A stretch of DNA of 64,000 bases, taken from a virus. Below are positions 37,362 through 48,015 of this stretch, piece by piece. The DNA lies in the IMG/VR virus record IMGVR_UViG_3300044707_000140, positions 34,081 through 98,080 of that record. One strand, given 5' to 3'. How positions within the stretch are numbered: the stretch's first letter is position 1; every line of letters starts with the position of its first letter. Made by a program: the position numbers and the translations under genes. The notes under the pieces are model-generated. The model ran no database searches and was not told the origin of the DNA. It saw nothing but the letters and a program-made list of their open reading frames with translations.

Positions 37362-39676
37362 TCCTAGAAAAACAGAAAGAAGCATTAGTTCACCAAGATG
37401 GTGAAGCAACAGAGTCTATAGGCATGTCCTTAGACTTAGAGTCTGCACAGGTGTTGATGCAGATGTTAAGTAAAAACTTGTATTCAGATGACATTGGTTC
37501 CACTGTTCGCGAGTGTGCCTCGAATGCACTAGATTCACACAGAAGAGCAGGGGTGGACAAACCAATTGTTGTTAGTCTACGAGCTACAAAAGACAACACA
37601 TATGAATTCTCTGTAGAAGATTTTGGTATAGGCTTAGATGCTGAGGACGTAAAGAATATCATCAGCAAGTATGGTAAGTCTACCAAGCGTAACAGCGCTA
37701 CAGAACTAGGCATGATGGGGCTAGGTTTCAAAGCCCCGCTAGCATACACATCTAGCTTTTATTTCATCTGTCGTAAGGATGGAATGGAACGCAAATACAT
37801 GATGTATGAGGGTGAAGATGTCAACACTATTGACCTTCTATATGAAGCACCCACAGATCAGCCTAATGGTGTAAAAGTTATTGTTCCTGTTAAATGGCGT
37901 GACACTTATGACTTTAAGAAAAAAATCAAACAACAGTTGGCGTATTTCGAGAGTGTTTATTTCGATGTGGAAGACATTAGAAATGACTTTTCAATCACTC
38001 GCCACAAGTATTTCCAGTTTTCTGAACTCGCTAGTGATAGCTATATGCATATCTGTCTGGATAATGTTTATTATCCTATCGATTTTGGTAAACTTGGCAT
38101 TAACAGTATATCTCTTCCTGTGGGTCTTCGATTTAGTTTGACAGATGGTATATTTCCAACTCCAAACAGGGAATCTATTCGATATACTCAGGAGGCTAAA
38201 ACTATCATTCTCAAGCGCTTACAAGAAGCTGCTGATTATTTCATTGAGAAATACAATGAAACCATCACAGATACAGATGATGTAAGGCAGATAGTGGAGT
38301 ATTTCAACTCAACCAGTAGATCGCTGAAGTTTAACAATGGATCATGGGATATACATCCTCTAGCTCAGTTTGCCACTATACAAATGGCTAAGCCTAATTT
38401 TAAGGGTACAACACTTATAGATCCAGAGCGTATCTACAAGATTCAGGAATATATCCTTAATGAGTATGAAGCTAAGTTTGTAGTGGATGGTAGAACTATG
38501 CGTGATGCTAAGCGCTATTATCAAATCACCTCTGTAAAACGTCTATATGAGAAGGTGTATGTTTATGAAGGAGAACGTGTCTCTGGACTAAAGAAAGACT
38601 ACATCAAGAGTTTACAGGCAGGTATCCATAAAGATGCTTGCGTCCTTAGGAAGGTTAAGAGTTTTCGTTTATTCCCTGCAAAAGGTAGAAGTCAGGAGTA
38701 TGATAACTACTATAACATCTTGAGACTAAGTAGTTATCCAAAGAAGCAGTGGCGTCAGCTCATCCAAGAGTTTCAGCTTATTATCAAGAGTTTGACAGAT
38801 ACATTCATTAATGTTGATACAATGGATGTACCTCAGTCTTTCATTGATTCTAGGAAGAAACAAAGAGTGACAGCTGGTAAAGCTAGTGGTACACCTGGTG
38901 TCCGTCGTGTTAAACTAAAAGGTGAGATAGTATGTAAGCAGGCTGAAGAACTAGAGCGCTGGGTACAGGGTAAGAGTTGCAAGTGGGTAAGCAAAACCTA
39001 TGACATGGCTAAGTTCCACCAGAACAAGTTCATCCTTGTATATGGTAAGCAGGAAGATACTGATGCTATGGATAAGTGGTTCAAGCCCACCAGAGGTCAC
39101 AATATTGAGCTTGCTATTCTTAGTGAGCGCGAGCTTAAAGTGGTGAGTGCAATTCAATTACATAACCTAATACCTTTTAGTAAATTTATGGAAGGAAAGA
39201 ATAAACCGTTCCAACGGATAGCTACGGCTTCTATGATTCATCAACTAACAAAGCGCTATGATGCTTCATTTGGAAAATGCGAAAGTTTTGCAACAATATC
39301 CTCTAATCTAGCTGCTAAGTTTGAAACACTTAACAAGTATAGAGAAAATCACTTCAAGTATATGGATAATGAAGTGAGAGATGCTATTGTTGAACAGGCT
39401 CAACAAATTAAAGAGTTTGATCCTGAGGTGATATCTATTGTAAATGAGGTGAAAGCTACCCTTGAGAAGTTTCCATTTATAGAAACTATCATGGAGAGCA
39501 TGAATAGGTATGAATCTGACAGGAATAAGGAGCTTCAGCAGGTGCTTATTGATCTATTCAAATACCACAAGCATAGAGTAGATTGGAAGAATTACAACAT
39601 CAAGCTAAATGAAGACCTCCCTTTAGAGGAGACGCTAACATCGGAAACTGTTGAAGAATTAGTACAACAAGATTAA
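37358..39676 (+). CDS. rIIA: rIIA-like protein (GHKL ATPase N-terminal domain)
   Basis: 'LYSD...VRECASNALDSH', 'EDFGIG', 'STKR', 'GMMGLGFK' and 'PNRESI.YT'. Confidence 0.82.
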   Translation: MILEKQKEALVHQDGEATESIGMSLDLESAQVLMQMLSKNLYSDDIGSTVRECASNALDSHRRAGVDKPIVVSLRATKDNTYEFSVEDFGIGLDAEDVKNIISKYGKSTKRNSATELGMMGLGFKAPLAYTSSFYFICRKDGMERKYMMYEGEDVNTIDLLYEAPTDQPNGVKVIVPVKWRDTYDFKKKIKQQLAYFESVYFDVEDIRNDFSITRHKYFQFSELASDSYMHICLDNVYYPIDFGKLGINSISLPVGLRFSLTDGIFPTPNRESIRYTQEAKTIILKRLQEAADYFIEKYNETITDTDDVRQIVEYFNSTSRSLKFNNGSWDIHPLAQFATIQMAKPNFKGTTLIDPERIYKIQEYILNEYEAKFVVDGRTMRDAKRYYQITSVKRLYEKVYVYEGERVSGLKKDYIKSLQAGIHKDACVLRKVKSFRLFPAKGRSQEYDNYYNILRLSSYPKKQWRQLIQEFQLIIKSLTDTFINVDTMDVPQSFIDSRKKQRVTAGKASGTPGVRRVKLKGEIVCKQAEELERWVQGKSCKWVSKTYDMAKFHQNKFILVYGKQEDTDAMDKWFKPTRGHNIELAILSERELKVVSAIQLHNLIPFSKFMEGKNKPFQRIATASMIHQLTKRYDASFGKCESFATISSNLAAKFETLNKYRENHFKYMDNEVRDAIVEQAQQIKEFDPEVISIVNEVKATLEKFPFIETIMESMNRYESDRNKELQQVLIDLFKYHKHRVDWKNYNIKLNEDLPLEETLTSETVEELVQQD

Positions 39677-39679
39677 ACA

Positions 39680-39710
39680 AAAAAAGGGGGACTAAAAATC
39701 CCCCTTTATT
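39680..39710 (+). terminator. Terminator-like hairpin
   Basis: AAAGGGGGA-CTAAAAA-TCCCCCTTT. Confidence 0.55.
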
Positions 39711-39731
39711 AAACATTTTAAAAACAAAAAC

Positions 39732-41270
39732 ATGTTAAGCCTAAATTGGTTCAAATCAAGAAAACAAAGAGAACTAGAAGAATTACAAGTGGAGGAGCAA
39801 AGAATAAAGAATGAGCTCCTGAGAAAAGAATTATATCAAGCGTCATTTGCAACATCTGCAACATCAGCTCCTGTAGAAAAGACCTACAACTGGACTGTTA
39901 ACACCACATCCACTCCAACAGTAAGTGTAAAACCTTACAAAACTGTGAAGATGGTGAATGATGTACTAACTGTCGTACTAAATGATGGATCTGTACTATC
40001 TAAACCTGGTGCTACATCAGATGATTTCATTGCTGCTCGTAATGCTACAGATGAGGTGGATATCCTAAATGTTGTAGCTACACAAGAGATTGTTACAGAA
40101 AGGAGAAGACAAGAGTTTGAAGCTGAGAAAGCCAGAGCTCTACAGGCTGGTATTAAACTCCTGTCCAATCTACATGATTTCAAAGTGGAGGGAACTAGTG
40201 TCTATCTGAAGGGTATCAATCGCACATTACCACAGCTGCTGGTAGAAGAATTCTTGCGTATTGTTAACTATTATAATGTAAGTGGTTACAGATTTCAAGG
40301 AGATATTGAGACAGCTCTTGAAGAAGATGCTGAATATCAATCTCTTAAGCGCTTCTTTATGTGGTGCTGTCTAAATCCACGTGCTGAAGTGGCTGACAAG
40401 CTATACAACTTCCTCAAGAGGAATAGCTTCAAAATCACCAAGCAGGGATTCTTTGTAGCACTTCGTAACGTGGTAACACTCCATGGATCTACAGAGCTGG
40501 TCCAGTTTGTATCTAATGCATACAACAAGGTGAAAGCTGTATGGAAGAAGAGCCCAGATGCATATGAGGTGTATCTAAAGGATGGTCAGTATAGCTTTAT
40601 TCATATCGATGACACTTACACTACAGAACTAATGGAAGGTGAAGAGTGGTATGATGAGGAGATTGAGGAATATGTTACATCTGAAGATGAGGAAGTGAGT
40701 GTAAAGAGATCTGATCTGGGTGAATTGATTGGTAATCTGACAGACCTTTATCTAGACCTACCAAACCGTGCAGAGAATCGTTTTACAGATGCTCACACAC
40801 AAACATTTGATATTCGTATTGGTAGACCAGTGAACATGGACCCAGGTGCATGTCGTTGGAATACAGACGATTGTGGTGCAGAAGGTTTGCATTTCACAGC
40901 TAATGAGATTCACTATGTAGGATGTGGTGATCAGTCTGTACTGGTGTTAATTAATCCTATGAAGGTTGTGGGTATTGGTGAGAGTAAGGGTAGATGCTGG
41001 GAATATCTCCCTATCATGACTGTTCCTCGTGAGGAGGCTACAGAAATCCTACATGATCTAGACTTTGACACATTGCAACTGGATGATAGTTACGCCATCC
41101 GTGAGTTGGAGAGCTTGACAGACAAAGCTAAAGAAGGTTTTGTTGCTGAGTCTAGAAAGCATGAGTTTAACATTCCTCACATTTCCACTGTAGAGATTGA
41201 AAACATTGTTGCCTCTTTGGACAACATGAAGGATGAAATCAGCTCTAGAGTTCAGATGATTGTTGATTAA
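39732..41270 (+). CDS. rIIB: rIIB-like protein
   Basis: Follows rIIA; 'ITKQGFFVALR', 'FTDAHT', 'CGAEGLH', 'INPMKVV' and 'KGRCWEY'. Confidence 0.78.
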   Translation: MLSLNWFKSRKQRELEELQVEEQRIKNELLRKELYQASFATSATSAPVEKTYNWTVNTTSTPTVSVKPYKTVKMVNDVLTVVLNDGSVLSKPGATSDDFIAARNATDEVDILNVVATQEIVTERRRQEFEAEKARALQAGIKLLSNLHDFKVEGTSVYLKGINRTLPQLLVEEFLRIVNYYNVSGYRFQGDIETALEEDAEYQSLKRFFMWCCLNPRAEVADKLYNFLKRNSFKITKQGFFVALRNVVTLHGSTELVQFVSNAYNKVKAVWKKSPDAYEVYLKDGQYSFIHIDDTYTTELMEGEEWYDEEIEEYVTSEDEEVSVKRSDLGELIGNLTDLYLDLPNRAENRFTDAHTQTFDIRIGRPVNMDPGACRWNTDDCGAEGLHFTANEIHYVGCGDQSVLVLINPMKVVGIGESKGRCWEYLPIMTVPREEATEILHDLDFDTLQLDDSYAIRELESLTDKAKEGFVAESRKHEFNIPHISTVEIENIVASLDNMKDEISSRVQMIVD

Positions 41271-41274
41271 TAAA

Positions 41275-41306
41275 TTTGGGAGGTGTCACTTTTTTTCATA
41301 GATTTG
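41275..41306 (+). promoter_or_regulatory. Bacteroidota-type promoter enclosed by an inverted repeat
   Basis: TTTG-N20-TAGATTTG; GGTGTCAC (41282) pairs with GTGACACC (41306). Confidence 0.6.
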
Positions 41307-41329
41307 TGACACCCCCTTTTTATAACTAT

Positions 41330-41752
41330 ATGACAATCAAGAAGAAACGCAAGCCTCCTAAACCTAGAGTAGCTAGGCCTAGGAATGCTGGTACTATGAC
41401 TGAAAGTGCCTTTTGGTCCTTCATTCGTAGTGCTCTGAGGCAGAAGAGTAGATTCTGGAGACCCATCTTACAGTGTAAGCTAGAAGCTCGTAGACCTTAC
41501 AAAGGACCTAACAAGCGCCAGAAGTTTGAATACTTATGCAATGACTGTAAGAAATGGTATCCAGAGAAGAAAATTAACGTGGATCATATGGTTCCTGCAG
41601 GAAGTTTAAACTGTGCAGCAGACCTTCCAGGATTTGTGGAGCGTCTGTTCTGTGAGAAGGAACACTTACAGGTGCTGTGTGAGTCGTGCCACAATAAAAA
41701 GACAGCAGATGAGAAAAAAGGAGCAGCAACATCCAAAAATATGGATACCTAA
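41330..41752 (+). CDS. HNH endonuclease
   Basis: CNDC...VDH...LQVLCESCHNKKT; start moved to MTIKKK. Confidence 0.8.
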   Translation: MTIKKKRKPPKPRVARPRNAGTMTESAFWSFIRSALRQKSRFWRPILQCKLEARRPYKGPNKRQKFEYLCNDCKKWYPEKKINVDHMVPAGSLNCAADLPGFVERLFCEKEHLQVLCESCHNKKTADEKKGAATSKNMDT

Positions 41753-41828
41753 AAAAGAATGGGAAAATTGGAAGGCGCTTCGAGAGAAAGCTTTTTTAAA
41801 ACATCTTAAAAACTTTAAACAAAAAAAG

Positions 41829-42161
41829 ATGGCAATTTACAACAATGACCGTGATCCCAACGAAGTGATGTGGGAGAAACAAAACGAAGAAGTTAATCAA
41901 ATAGTGATTAACAAAGAAGCATCTTTTGTAGAGGTGTGGCATGAGGGATACGTAGAGTGCAAAGGAGAGCGCCATTACTTCTGGCTTATTGATCCTCAGG
42001 GTGTAGATCCTAGAGGTAATGAATATGCTCCAGAGGTGAGATGGTTCTTTGCCCGCGTACCTAGAGAGGTGAGGGTGATGTACAATTCTATTATTGAGGC
42101 ATTTAAACAAACACAGAAAGATGATAGTGCAAACAGTGCACGAGATCTTAAATCCCTTTGA
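41829..42161 (+). CDS. Hypothetical protein
   Basis: Likely start MAIYNN after an A-rich leader. Confidence 0.55.
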   Translation: MAIYNNDRDPNEVMWEKQNEEVNQIVINKEASFVEVWHEGYVECKGERHYFWLIDPQGVDPRGNEYAPEVRWFFARVPREVRVMYNSIIEAFKQTQKDDSANSARDLKSL

Positions 42162-42348
42162 TGTAGAAGTGCGAGAGCTGGGGTATGGAGTGGCTTTGTT
42201 TCTGATAACAGGAAGCATACATTCCAACCCTCAGTTCATTGTACGTTTCTATCATACAGGAGAAATTAGGACCGTGGACCAAAATGACCTGCGTGTGTAT
42301 GGTAATCCAACAGCAGGTGAATCTTTAAAACCAAAAGACAATGATTAA
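42120..42348 (+). CDS. Hypothetical protein
   Basis: MIVQTVHEILNPFDV...YGNP; start approximate (ATG near 42121). Confidence 0.55.
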
Positions 42349-43387
42349 AGGACAAGTAAAAACAGAAAGCAACTATCGTGCTAAGGCAATTGATAGCTCG
42401 TCTAGCTTGAAGGAATTCAGCATGGACAGAAAGAAGTATTACCGAAAGTATATACTGGGTGAGGATGTAGAGGATAAAGACACTCAAGCAGCAACAATTG
42501 GTAGGGTGGTAGAAACTCTATTACTGGAACCAGAGCTATTTGATGAGAAATTTTATATGTCAGCTTGTGCTAGCGCCCCTACATCTCTTATGTTAGCATT
42601 TGTAGAAGCACTATATAAGTTCACTAAAGAATCTACAGATGATAATGGTAATGTAACTAGAAGCTTTGAGGACATATCTAAGGACGCATATGCAGAATCT
42701 GGATTTAAGATTAAGTATGATGCTGTCATTAGCAAGTTTGTAGGAAGTGATGCAGAAATCTATTACAACGAAATCCGTAAGGTGAGGGGACAGAACCTGA
42801 CAGTAGTCACTACAGAGGATGTTACTAATGCTGAAAAGATTGTAGAAGAGCTGCGTAATAATCCTGTAACCAAGGACGTTGTTAATTTAGTGAACAGCCC
42901 ACGTTACACAGTGTATAATCAGCTTCAAGTGGAAGGATATGTGCTTGATGGTCATGAGTTTAAGAGCATGATGGATAAGGTGGTAGTGGATCATGAAGCT
43001 AAAACCATCCAGGTGTATGACCTCAAGTGTACATGGTCTGTAGAGAACTTTCTAGAGGAGTATTATCTCTATCGCAGAGCATATATTCAAGCACTATTGT
43101 ATTATAAGGCAGCTATTCATTTTATGAATAACACAGAGGAAATCCGTGGATATCGTGTGGAACCTCCACGTTTTATTGTCTGTGACAGCACCAACTATTA
43201 CAATCCATTGATTTATACACTCTCTGATAAGGATATTGAGGATGCATACAATGGCTTCACCCATAAGAATAGAGAATATACAGGTGTAGCTACACTCATT
43301 AAAGATTTGAAGTGGGCTCTAGAGAACAATGTATGGAACCTAAGCAGAGAAAACAGTATTAACAATGGCCTTGTAAACATTAGATGA
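42341..43387 (+). CDS. PD-(D/E)XK exonuclease (RecE/Cas4-like)
   Basis: 'SSSSLK', 'KSMMDK...YDLK' and 'YIQALLY'. Confidence 0.75.
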   Translation: MIKGQVKTESNYRAKAIDSSSSLKEFSMDRKKYYRKYILGEDVEDKDTQAATIGRVVETLLLEPELFDEKFYMSACASAPTSLMLAFVEALYKFTKESTDDNGNVTRSFEDISKDAYAESGFKIKYDAVISKFVGSDAEIYYNEIRKVRGQNLTVVTTEDVTNAEKIVEELRNNPVTKDVVNLVNSPRYTVYNQLQVEGYVLDGHEFKSMMDKVVVDHEAKTIQVYDLKCTWSVENFLEEYYLYRRAYIQALLYYKAAIHFMNNTEEIRGYRVEPPRFIVCDSTNYYNPLIYTLSDKDIEDAYNGFTHKNREYTGVATLIKDLKWALENNVWNLSRENSINNGLVNIR

Positions 43388-43944
43388 TAATGAATGATAT
43401 AAAAAAGACAATCACGAGTATATTTATGGTGCCCACCCTCAAGATACCTAGAGGTGAGCTGCAAGACAATGAGTTTATCAATGGCTATATTCAGGATGGA
43501 AGCAAAGAGGTGCAGTATGAAAACTGCATCTATTTGCTATTCCAGCCTAAGAATCTAGATAAATTCAGAGAGTTCCTAGACAGTGAATATGAACGCACCA
43601 AAGCTATTATTGATGATTATGATTATCAGGATGGTTTTGTTGTTGTAGTTTATCAGCTAGATAAGAAGTTCAACAAAGACTTCATGCTCATCAGAGAGGG
43701 TTTGTATTCTCGCACTTCTAAAGACTTCCAAGCGTTGTTTCCTAAGATAATCAAGATAAAGAAGAATGGTTTGCAGCGAGATGAAATCAGCTTGCAATAT
43801 CGTGTGTTCAATAGAACAGAAGACTTGATTAAATTCTGGGAGGACAAGCTAGGCGTAGAGTTTGATGATGATCAGGAAGTGTGGCATGCATTCATCCTAG
43901 AGAATGAGATTCTTAACATTGAAAAACTTAAAGAACATGTTTGA
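43384..43944 (+). CDS. Conserved crAss-like protein
   Basis: 'FINGY...IYLLF...EGLYS'; follows the exonuclease. Confidence 0.6.
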   Translation: MIMNDIKKTITSIFMVPTLKIPRGELQDNEFINGYIQDGSKEVQYENCIYLLFQPKNLDKFREFLDSEYERTKAIIDDYDYQDGFVVVVYQLDKKFNKDFMLIREGLYSRTSKDFQALFPKIIKIKKNGLQRDEISLQYRVFNRTEDLIKFWEDKLGVEFDDDQEVWHAFILENEILNIEKLKEHV

Positions 43945-44149
43945 TAATGAAATAGCAGAGGTGCTAAGAAAAACCTATGGAGATGAAAAGTTTCGTATAT
44001 TCTGTGAAATGCAAGTGACAAGAAACAAGCTTGCAACAGATGAGCTCAACAGGTTAAATGATTCTGAAGACATGAGCTATGACCGTTACTTTTGGCAAAC
44101 CAAATTAGATGAGACAACTAGAAACGAAAAACTAAACAACAATGACTAA
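43937..44149 (+). CDS. Hypothetical protein
   Basis: Likely start MFDNE. Confidence 0.5.
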   Translation: MFDNEIAEVLRKTYGDEKFRIFCEMQVTRNKLATDELNRLNDSEDMSYDRYFWQTKLDETTRNEKLNNND

Positions 44150-44552
44150 TTTACTAGAAAGCTATCCTTATGCTACACAAGCCATAAGAGAGTGGTTCAT
44201 GGGAAAGATGATTGAGTCTTTCAAAGATCAAAGCGTACCAGCTGAGTTTAAAGAATTTATGCGTCAGCAGGGTATATCTAATGACAGACTATCAAAAATC
44301 CTCTCAGATAACCCTAGGGTGTTGTTTGATGTATTTGATGATAACAACCTAATTATCAACATTATATACACAGACCAGGGATTTACATGGGATGTAAAGG
44401 ATGTCAAAAGCATCCAATTATATTCCTCAAGAAGAACTGCTGAGATGGCTGCTGTTGAACGCACCTTCCGTATATTGGATGAAAGACTAAACATTATAAT
44501 TTCTGAAACCAAAAACAATGAAGGACCAGATAGTACAACAAGTAATAGCTAA
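44142..44552 (+). CDS. Hypothetical protein
   Basis: ORF track. Confidence 0.6.
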   Translation: MTNLLESYPYATQAIREWFMGKMIESFKDQSVPAEFKEFMRQQGISNDRLSKILSDNPRVLFDVFDDNNLIINIIYTDQGFTWDVKDVKSIQLYSSRRTAEMAAVERTFRILDERLNIIISETKNNEGPDSTTSNS

Positions 44553-44769
44553 GTATTCTGAACGCAGCGAGAGAGGTTATCAGAAATATGGCACCACCTT
44601 AGAGGAGAACAATAGCGATATCTACCTAAAACATCTTCAGGAAGAGCTCATGGATGCTACCCTCTATCTAGAAAAACTTATTACGTTAGAAAAGGAGATG
44701 AGAATCCTCTGCATGAGGCATTCTGACAATAAGGAACTAGGTGATGCTGTAAGGAAATTAGTTAGCTAG
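44518..44769 (+). CDS. All-alpha NTP pyrophosphohydrolase-like small protein
   Basis: 'RGYQKYGTTL...HLQEELMDATLY'. Confidence 0.55.
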   Translation: MKDQIVQQVIAKYSERSERGYQKYGTTLEENNSDIYLKHLQEELMDATLYLEKLITLEKEMRILCMRHSDNKELGDAVRKLVS

Positions 44770-44854
44770 AATTTTTCATTTCTCTTGGAATTTAGAGGGT
44801 GGTGAATTAACTTCGCCACCCTTTATTTTTCACCCTTTAAAATACGATTTATCT

Positions 44855-46705
44855 ATGGATTTAGGATTGGATGCACTAAGTAAATTAACAGTTTTTAGTA
44901 AGTACGCAAAGTATGTACCCGAATTAAAGCGCAGAGAGACCTGGGAAGAGATTGTAGCCAGGTATGAGAACATGATGATCAAGAAGTATCCTAAGCTTGA
45001 GAACCAAATTAAGGAGACTTCTCAGTTCATTTTAAACAAGAAAGTGCTTCCTTCCATGAGAGCCCTGCAGTTTGCAGGACCAGCTGCTGAGGTGAATAAC
45101 TCCCGTATTTACAACTGTTGTTATCTACCTATAGATAGCATTCACAGCTTCAGTGAGACTATGTTCTTGCTGTTAGGTGGTACAGGAGTGGGCTATAGTG
45201 TTCAAAAACAACACGTTGCACAGCTTCCTGCTGTTACAAAACCTGGCAAAGCTCGTAACTACCTGATTGAAGACAGTATTATGGGATGGGCAGATGCTGT
45301 AAAGGTGCTAATGAAAGCCTATCTGGAGGGTGGTTTTACACCCAAATTTGACTTTAGAGCTATCCGCAAGAAGGGTGCTCGACTGGTTACAGCTGGTGGT
45401 AAAGCGCCTGGACCTGAGCCTCTAAAGATATGTCTGGCTCATGTAGATGCTGTTTTGAGCCGAATAGAGCCTGGTAATCAGCTCACACCTCTTCAGTGCC
45501 ACGATATCCTGTGTCACATAGCAAATAGTGTACTGGCTGGTGGTATCCGCAGATCTGCCATGATTGCCCTATTTAGTCATGATGATGAGGAAATGATCAC
45601 CTGTAAGTACGGAAACTGGTGGGAAACTAACGAACAGCGTGGTAGGGCTAATAACTCAGCAGTTTTAGAAAGAGGTGCTGTATCAAAATTAGAATTTGAT
45701 GCTTTATGGAAGCGCATTGAAGCTTCTGGATCTGGGGAGCCTGGTATCTACTGGACCAACAACCTAGACTGGGGAACTAACCCATGTTGTGAGATTGCCC
45801 TTAGACCCTATCAGTTCTGTAACCTGTGTGAGGTGAACGTAAGTGATGTTACGTGTCAGGAAGACCTGAATGACCGTGTTACAGCAGCAGCATTCTTTGG
45901 AACCCTGCAGGCTGGATTTACAGATTTCCACTACTTACGCCCCATTTGGTCTAAAACCACCCAGAAAGATGCCCTCCTTGGGATAGGTATGACTGGGATT
46001 GGATCAGGGGAAATACTTAAATACAACCTAGCATCTGCAGCTCGTGTAGCTAAGATGACTAATGCCATCATTAGCGAGAAAATAGGCACTAATGAGGCAG
46101 CTCGTGTTACATGTATCAAGCCTTCTGGTACAACTAGCCTTGTTCTAGGAACAGCTAGTGGTATCCACGCATGGCACAATGATTACTATCTACGCACCAT
46201 GCGCTTTGGTAAAACTGAAGACGTGGCTAGCTATCTGATGGTAAATCATCCAGAACTGGTTGAGGATGATGTACTTAGACCACATGACACAATATGTGTA
46301 AGAATTCCTGTTAAGGCACCTGAAGGATCTATATTCAGAACAGAGAGCCCTATTGATACGTTAGAGCGTGTTAAGAAGTTCTCCATCGAGTGGATTAAAG
46401 AAGGTCACTTAATAGGAGACAACACACACAACGTATCAGCCACTGTCTCTCTAAAGGAAGAAGAATGGCCTATTGCAGGAGAGTGGATGTGGGATAACCG
46501 TGAGCATTATAACGGACTAAGTGTTCTCCCTTATTTTGGACATAGTTATAAACAGGCACCTTTTGAGGACATCACAAAGGAAGAATATAACACAAGACTG
46601 TCCTCACTACATGCACTAGATCTCACTAAGGTGATAGAACTAGACGACACTGTGGAGTTTGGTCAGGCAGTTGCGTGCGGAGGAGGCGCTTGTGAAGTAC
46701 AGTAA
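44855..46705 (+). CDS. nrdJ: Ribonucleotide reductase class II (adenosylcobalamin-dependent)
   Basis: 'LPSMRAL', 'YNC', 'GGIRRSA', 'TNPCCEI', 'KPSGT' and C-terminal 'ACGGGACEV'; no beta subunit nearby. Confidence 0.88.
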   Translation: MDLGLDALSKLTVFSKYAKYVPELKRRETWEEIVARYENMMIKKYPKLENQIKETSQFILNKKVLPSMRALQFAGPAAEVNNSRIYNCCYLPIDSIHSFSETMFLLLGGTGVGYSVQKQHVAQLPAVTKPGKARNYLIEDSIMGWADAVKVLMKAYLEGGFTPKFDFRAIRKKGARLVTAGGKAPGPEPLKICLAHVDAVLSRIEPGNQLTPLQCHDILCHIANSVLAGGIRRSAMIALFSHDDEEMITCKYGNWWETNEQRGRANNSAVLERGAVSKLEFDALWKRIEASGSGEPGIYWTNNLDWGTNPCCEIALRPYQFCNLCEVNVSDVTCQEDLNDRVTAAAFFGTLQAGFTDFHYLRPIWSKTTQKDALLGIGMTGIGSGEILKYNLASAARVAKMTNAIISEKIGTNEAARVTCIKPSGTTSLVLGTASGIHAWHNDYYLRTMRFGKTEDVASYLMVNHPELVEDDVLRPHDTICVRIPVKAPEGSIFRTESPIDTLERVKKFSIEWIKEGHLIGDNTHNVSATVSLKEEEWPIAGEWMWDNREHYNGLSVLPYFGHSYKQAPFEDITKEEYNTRLSSLHALDLTKVIELDDTVEFGQAVACGGGACEVQ

Positions 46706-46865
46706 GTTTGATCTTATAAAGGATATGCACTATTATCTAGAAGGTAATAAGGTGGTGTTTACAGAGCTGTTCCATAAACAACGTGGAAGTTGTTGTGGTT
46801 CAGGCTGTAAACATTGTCCTTATGAGCCTAAGAACAAGAAAGGAAATAAGAAATTGAAGAGTTGA
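46692..46865 (+). CDS. DUF5522-like Cys-rich protein
   Basis: 'VFTELFHKQRGSCCGSGCKHCPY'; start uncertain. Confidence 0.6.
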   Translation: MKYSKFDLIKDMHYYLEGNKVVFTELFHKQRGSCCGSGCKHCPYEPKNKKGNKKLKS

Positions 46866-46883
46866 TTTTTTGGTTAATAAAGG

Positions 46884-46919
46884 GCCCTGGGTGTGTCTAC
46901 ACTCGGGGCTAATTTTTTT
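46884..46919 (+). terminator. Rho-independent terminator
   Basis: GCCCTGGGTGT-GTCT-ACACTCGGGGC followed by TAATTTTTTT. Confidence 0.7.
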
Positions 46920-46930
46920 GTGAAAAAAGG

Positions 46931-46962
46931 TTTGGTTTTCCCAATGAAAATCATTATATTTG
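46931..46962 (+). promoter_or_regulatory. Bacteroidota-type promoter upstream of recA
   Basis: TTTG-N20-TATATTTG. Confidence 0.7.
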
Positions 46963-46983
46963 TACATTAAACAACAACTACAT

Positions 46984-48015
46984 ATGGCAAAAGCAAAACA
47001 AGAAAGCTCTGAATCAAAGAGCAAATTCCAAGAAGCATTAGACAAGTTAAACAAGACGTATGGTGTAGGCACAGTGCTTGCACTAGACAGCAAAACTGGT
47101 GGTGATTATGACATCATCAGCACAGGATCTATTGGATTTGATTATATCACCCTAGGTGTAGGTGGGTTTGTAAAAGGCCGCCTATACGAATTAATGGGTT
47201 GGGAGGGTACAGGTAAGTCAACTATCTGTGGTCATGCAGCAGCTGAGTGTCAAAGAAAAGGAGGCACTGTATTATACATAGATGGTGAGCATGCTGTGGA
47301 TAAGAACTATTTCCAAGCTCTGGGTGTTGATACAACCAAGATGTTGATTGCTCAACCAGCCTGTGGCGAAGAGGGTTTCAATATTGCTATGGAGATGATT
47401 AACACTGGAGAGATTGACCTAGTGATTATCGACAGTGATAGTTCACTAATTCCTAAGAAGGTGTTAGATGGTGAGGTGGGTGATTCAGCTATTGGTAAGA
47501 AAGCTGTACTGAATAGTAATGCCTATCCTAAGCTGAAGACAGCTCTGTCTGCAAACAATGTTTGCATGATTGTAATCAGTCAATACCGCGAGAAGATTGG
47601 TGTTATGTTTGGTAATCCTACTACCACGCAGGGGGGACATGCGCTAAAGTTTTATTCAGATGTTCGTATAGAAGTGAGCAGATCATTAGCTAAGGAAGGT
47701 GATGTCACTTATGGTAATCTCACTAAAGTGAAAGCCACTAAGAACAAGATGAATCCTCCCTATAGAATGTCTACCTTTGAGATTATTTATGGTCAGGGTA
47801 TTGACAAGGTGGGAGAGGTGCTTGAACTGATGAATGAGTATGAAGTGGGTAGAAAGTATGGTAAGACAATGACTTTCAATGACACTAAATATGACTTAGA
47901 ACAGTTTAAGCAAATGCTCTTAGACAATCCTGAGTTTTATACAGAAATCAAAGACGCTATTCTTAACAAAATCAAAGAGGCAGATATAAATGTCGAAGAA
48001 AATGTTGCAGATTAA
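46984..48015 (+). CDS. recA: RecA recombinase
   Basis: 'STGS', 'GWEGTGKST', 'IDGEHA', 'QYREKIGVMFGNP.TTQGG.ALKFYS' and 'KNK'. Confidence 0.92.
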   Translation: MAKAKQESSESKSKFQEALDKLNKTYGVGTVLALDSKTGGDYDIISTGSIGFDYITLGVGGFVKGRLYELMGWEGTGKSTICGHAAAECQRKGGTVLYIDGEHAVDKNYFQALGVDTTKMLIAQPACGEEGFNIAMEMINTGEIDLVIIDSDSSLIPKKVLDGEVGDSAIGKKAVLNSNAYPKLKTALSANNVCMIVISQYREKIGVMFGNPTTTQGGHALKFYSDVRIEVSRSLAKEGDVTYGNLTKVKATKNKMNPPYRMSTFEIIYGQGIDKVGEVLELMNEYEVGRKYGKTMTFNDTKYDLEQFKQMLLDNPEFYTEIKDAILNKIKEADINVEENVAD

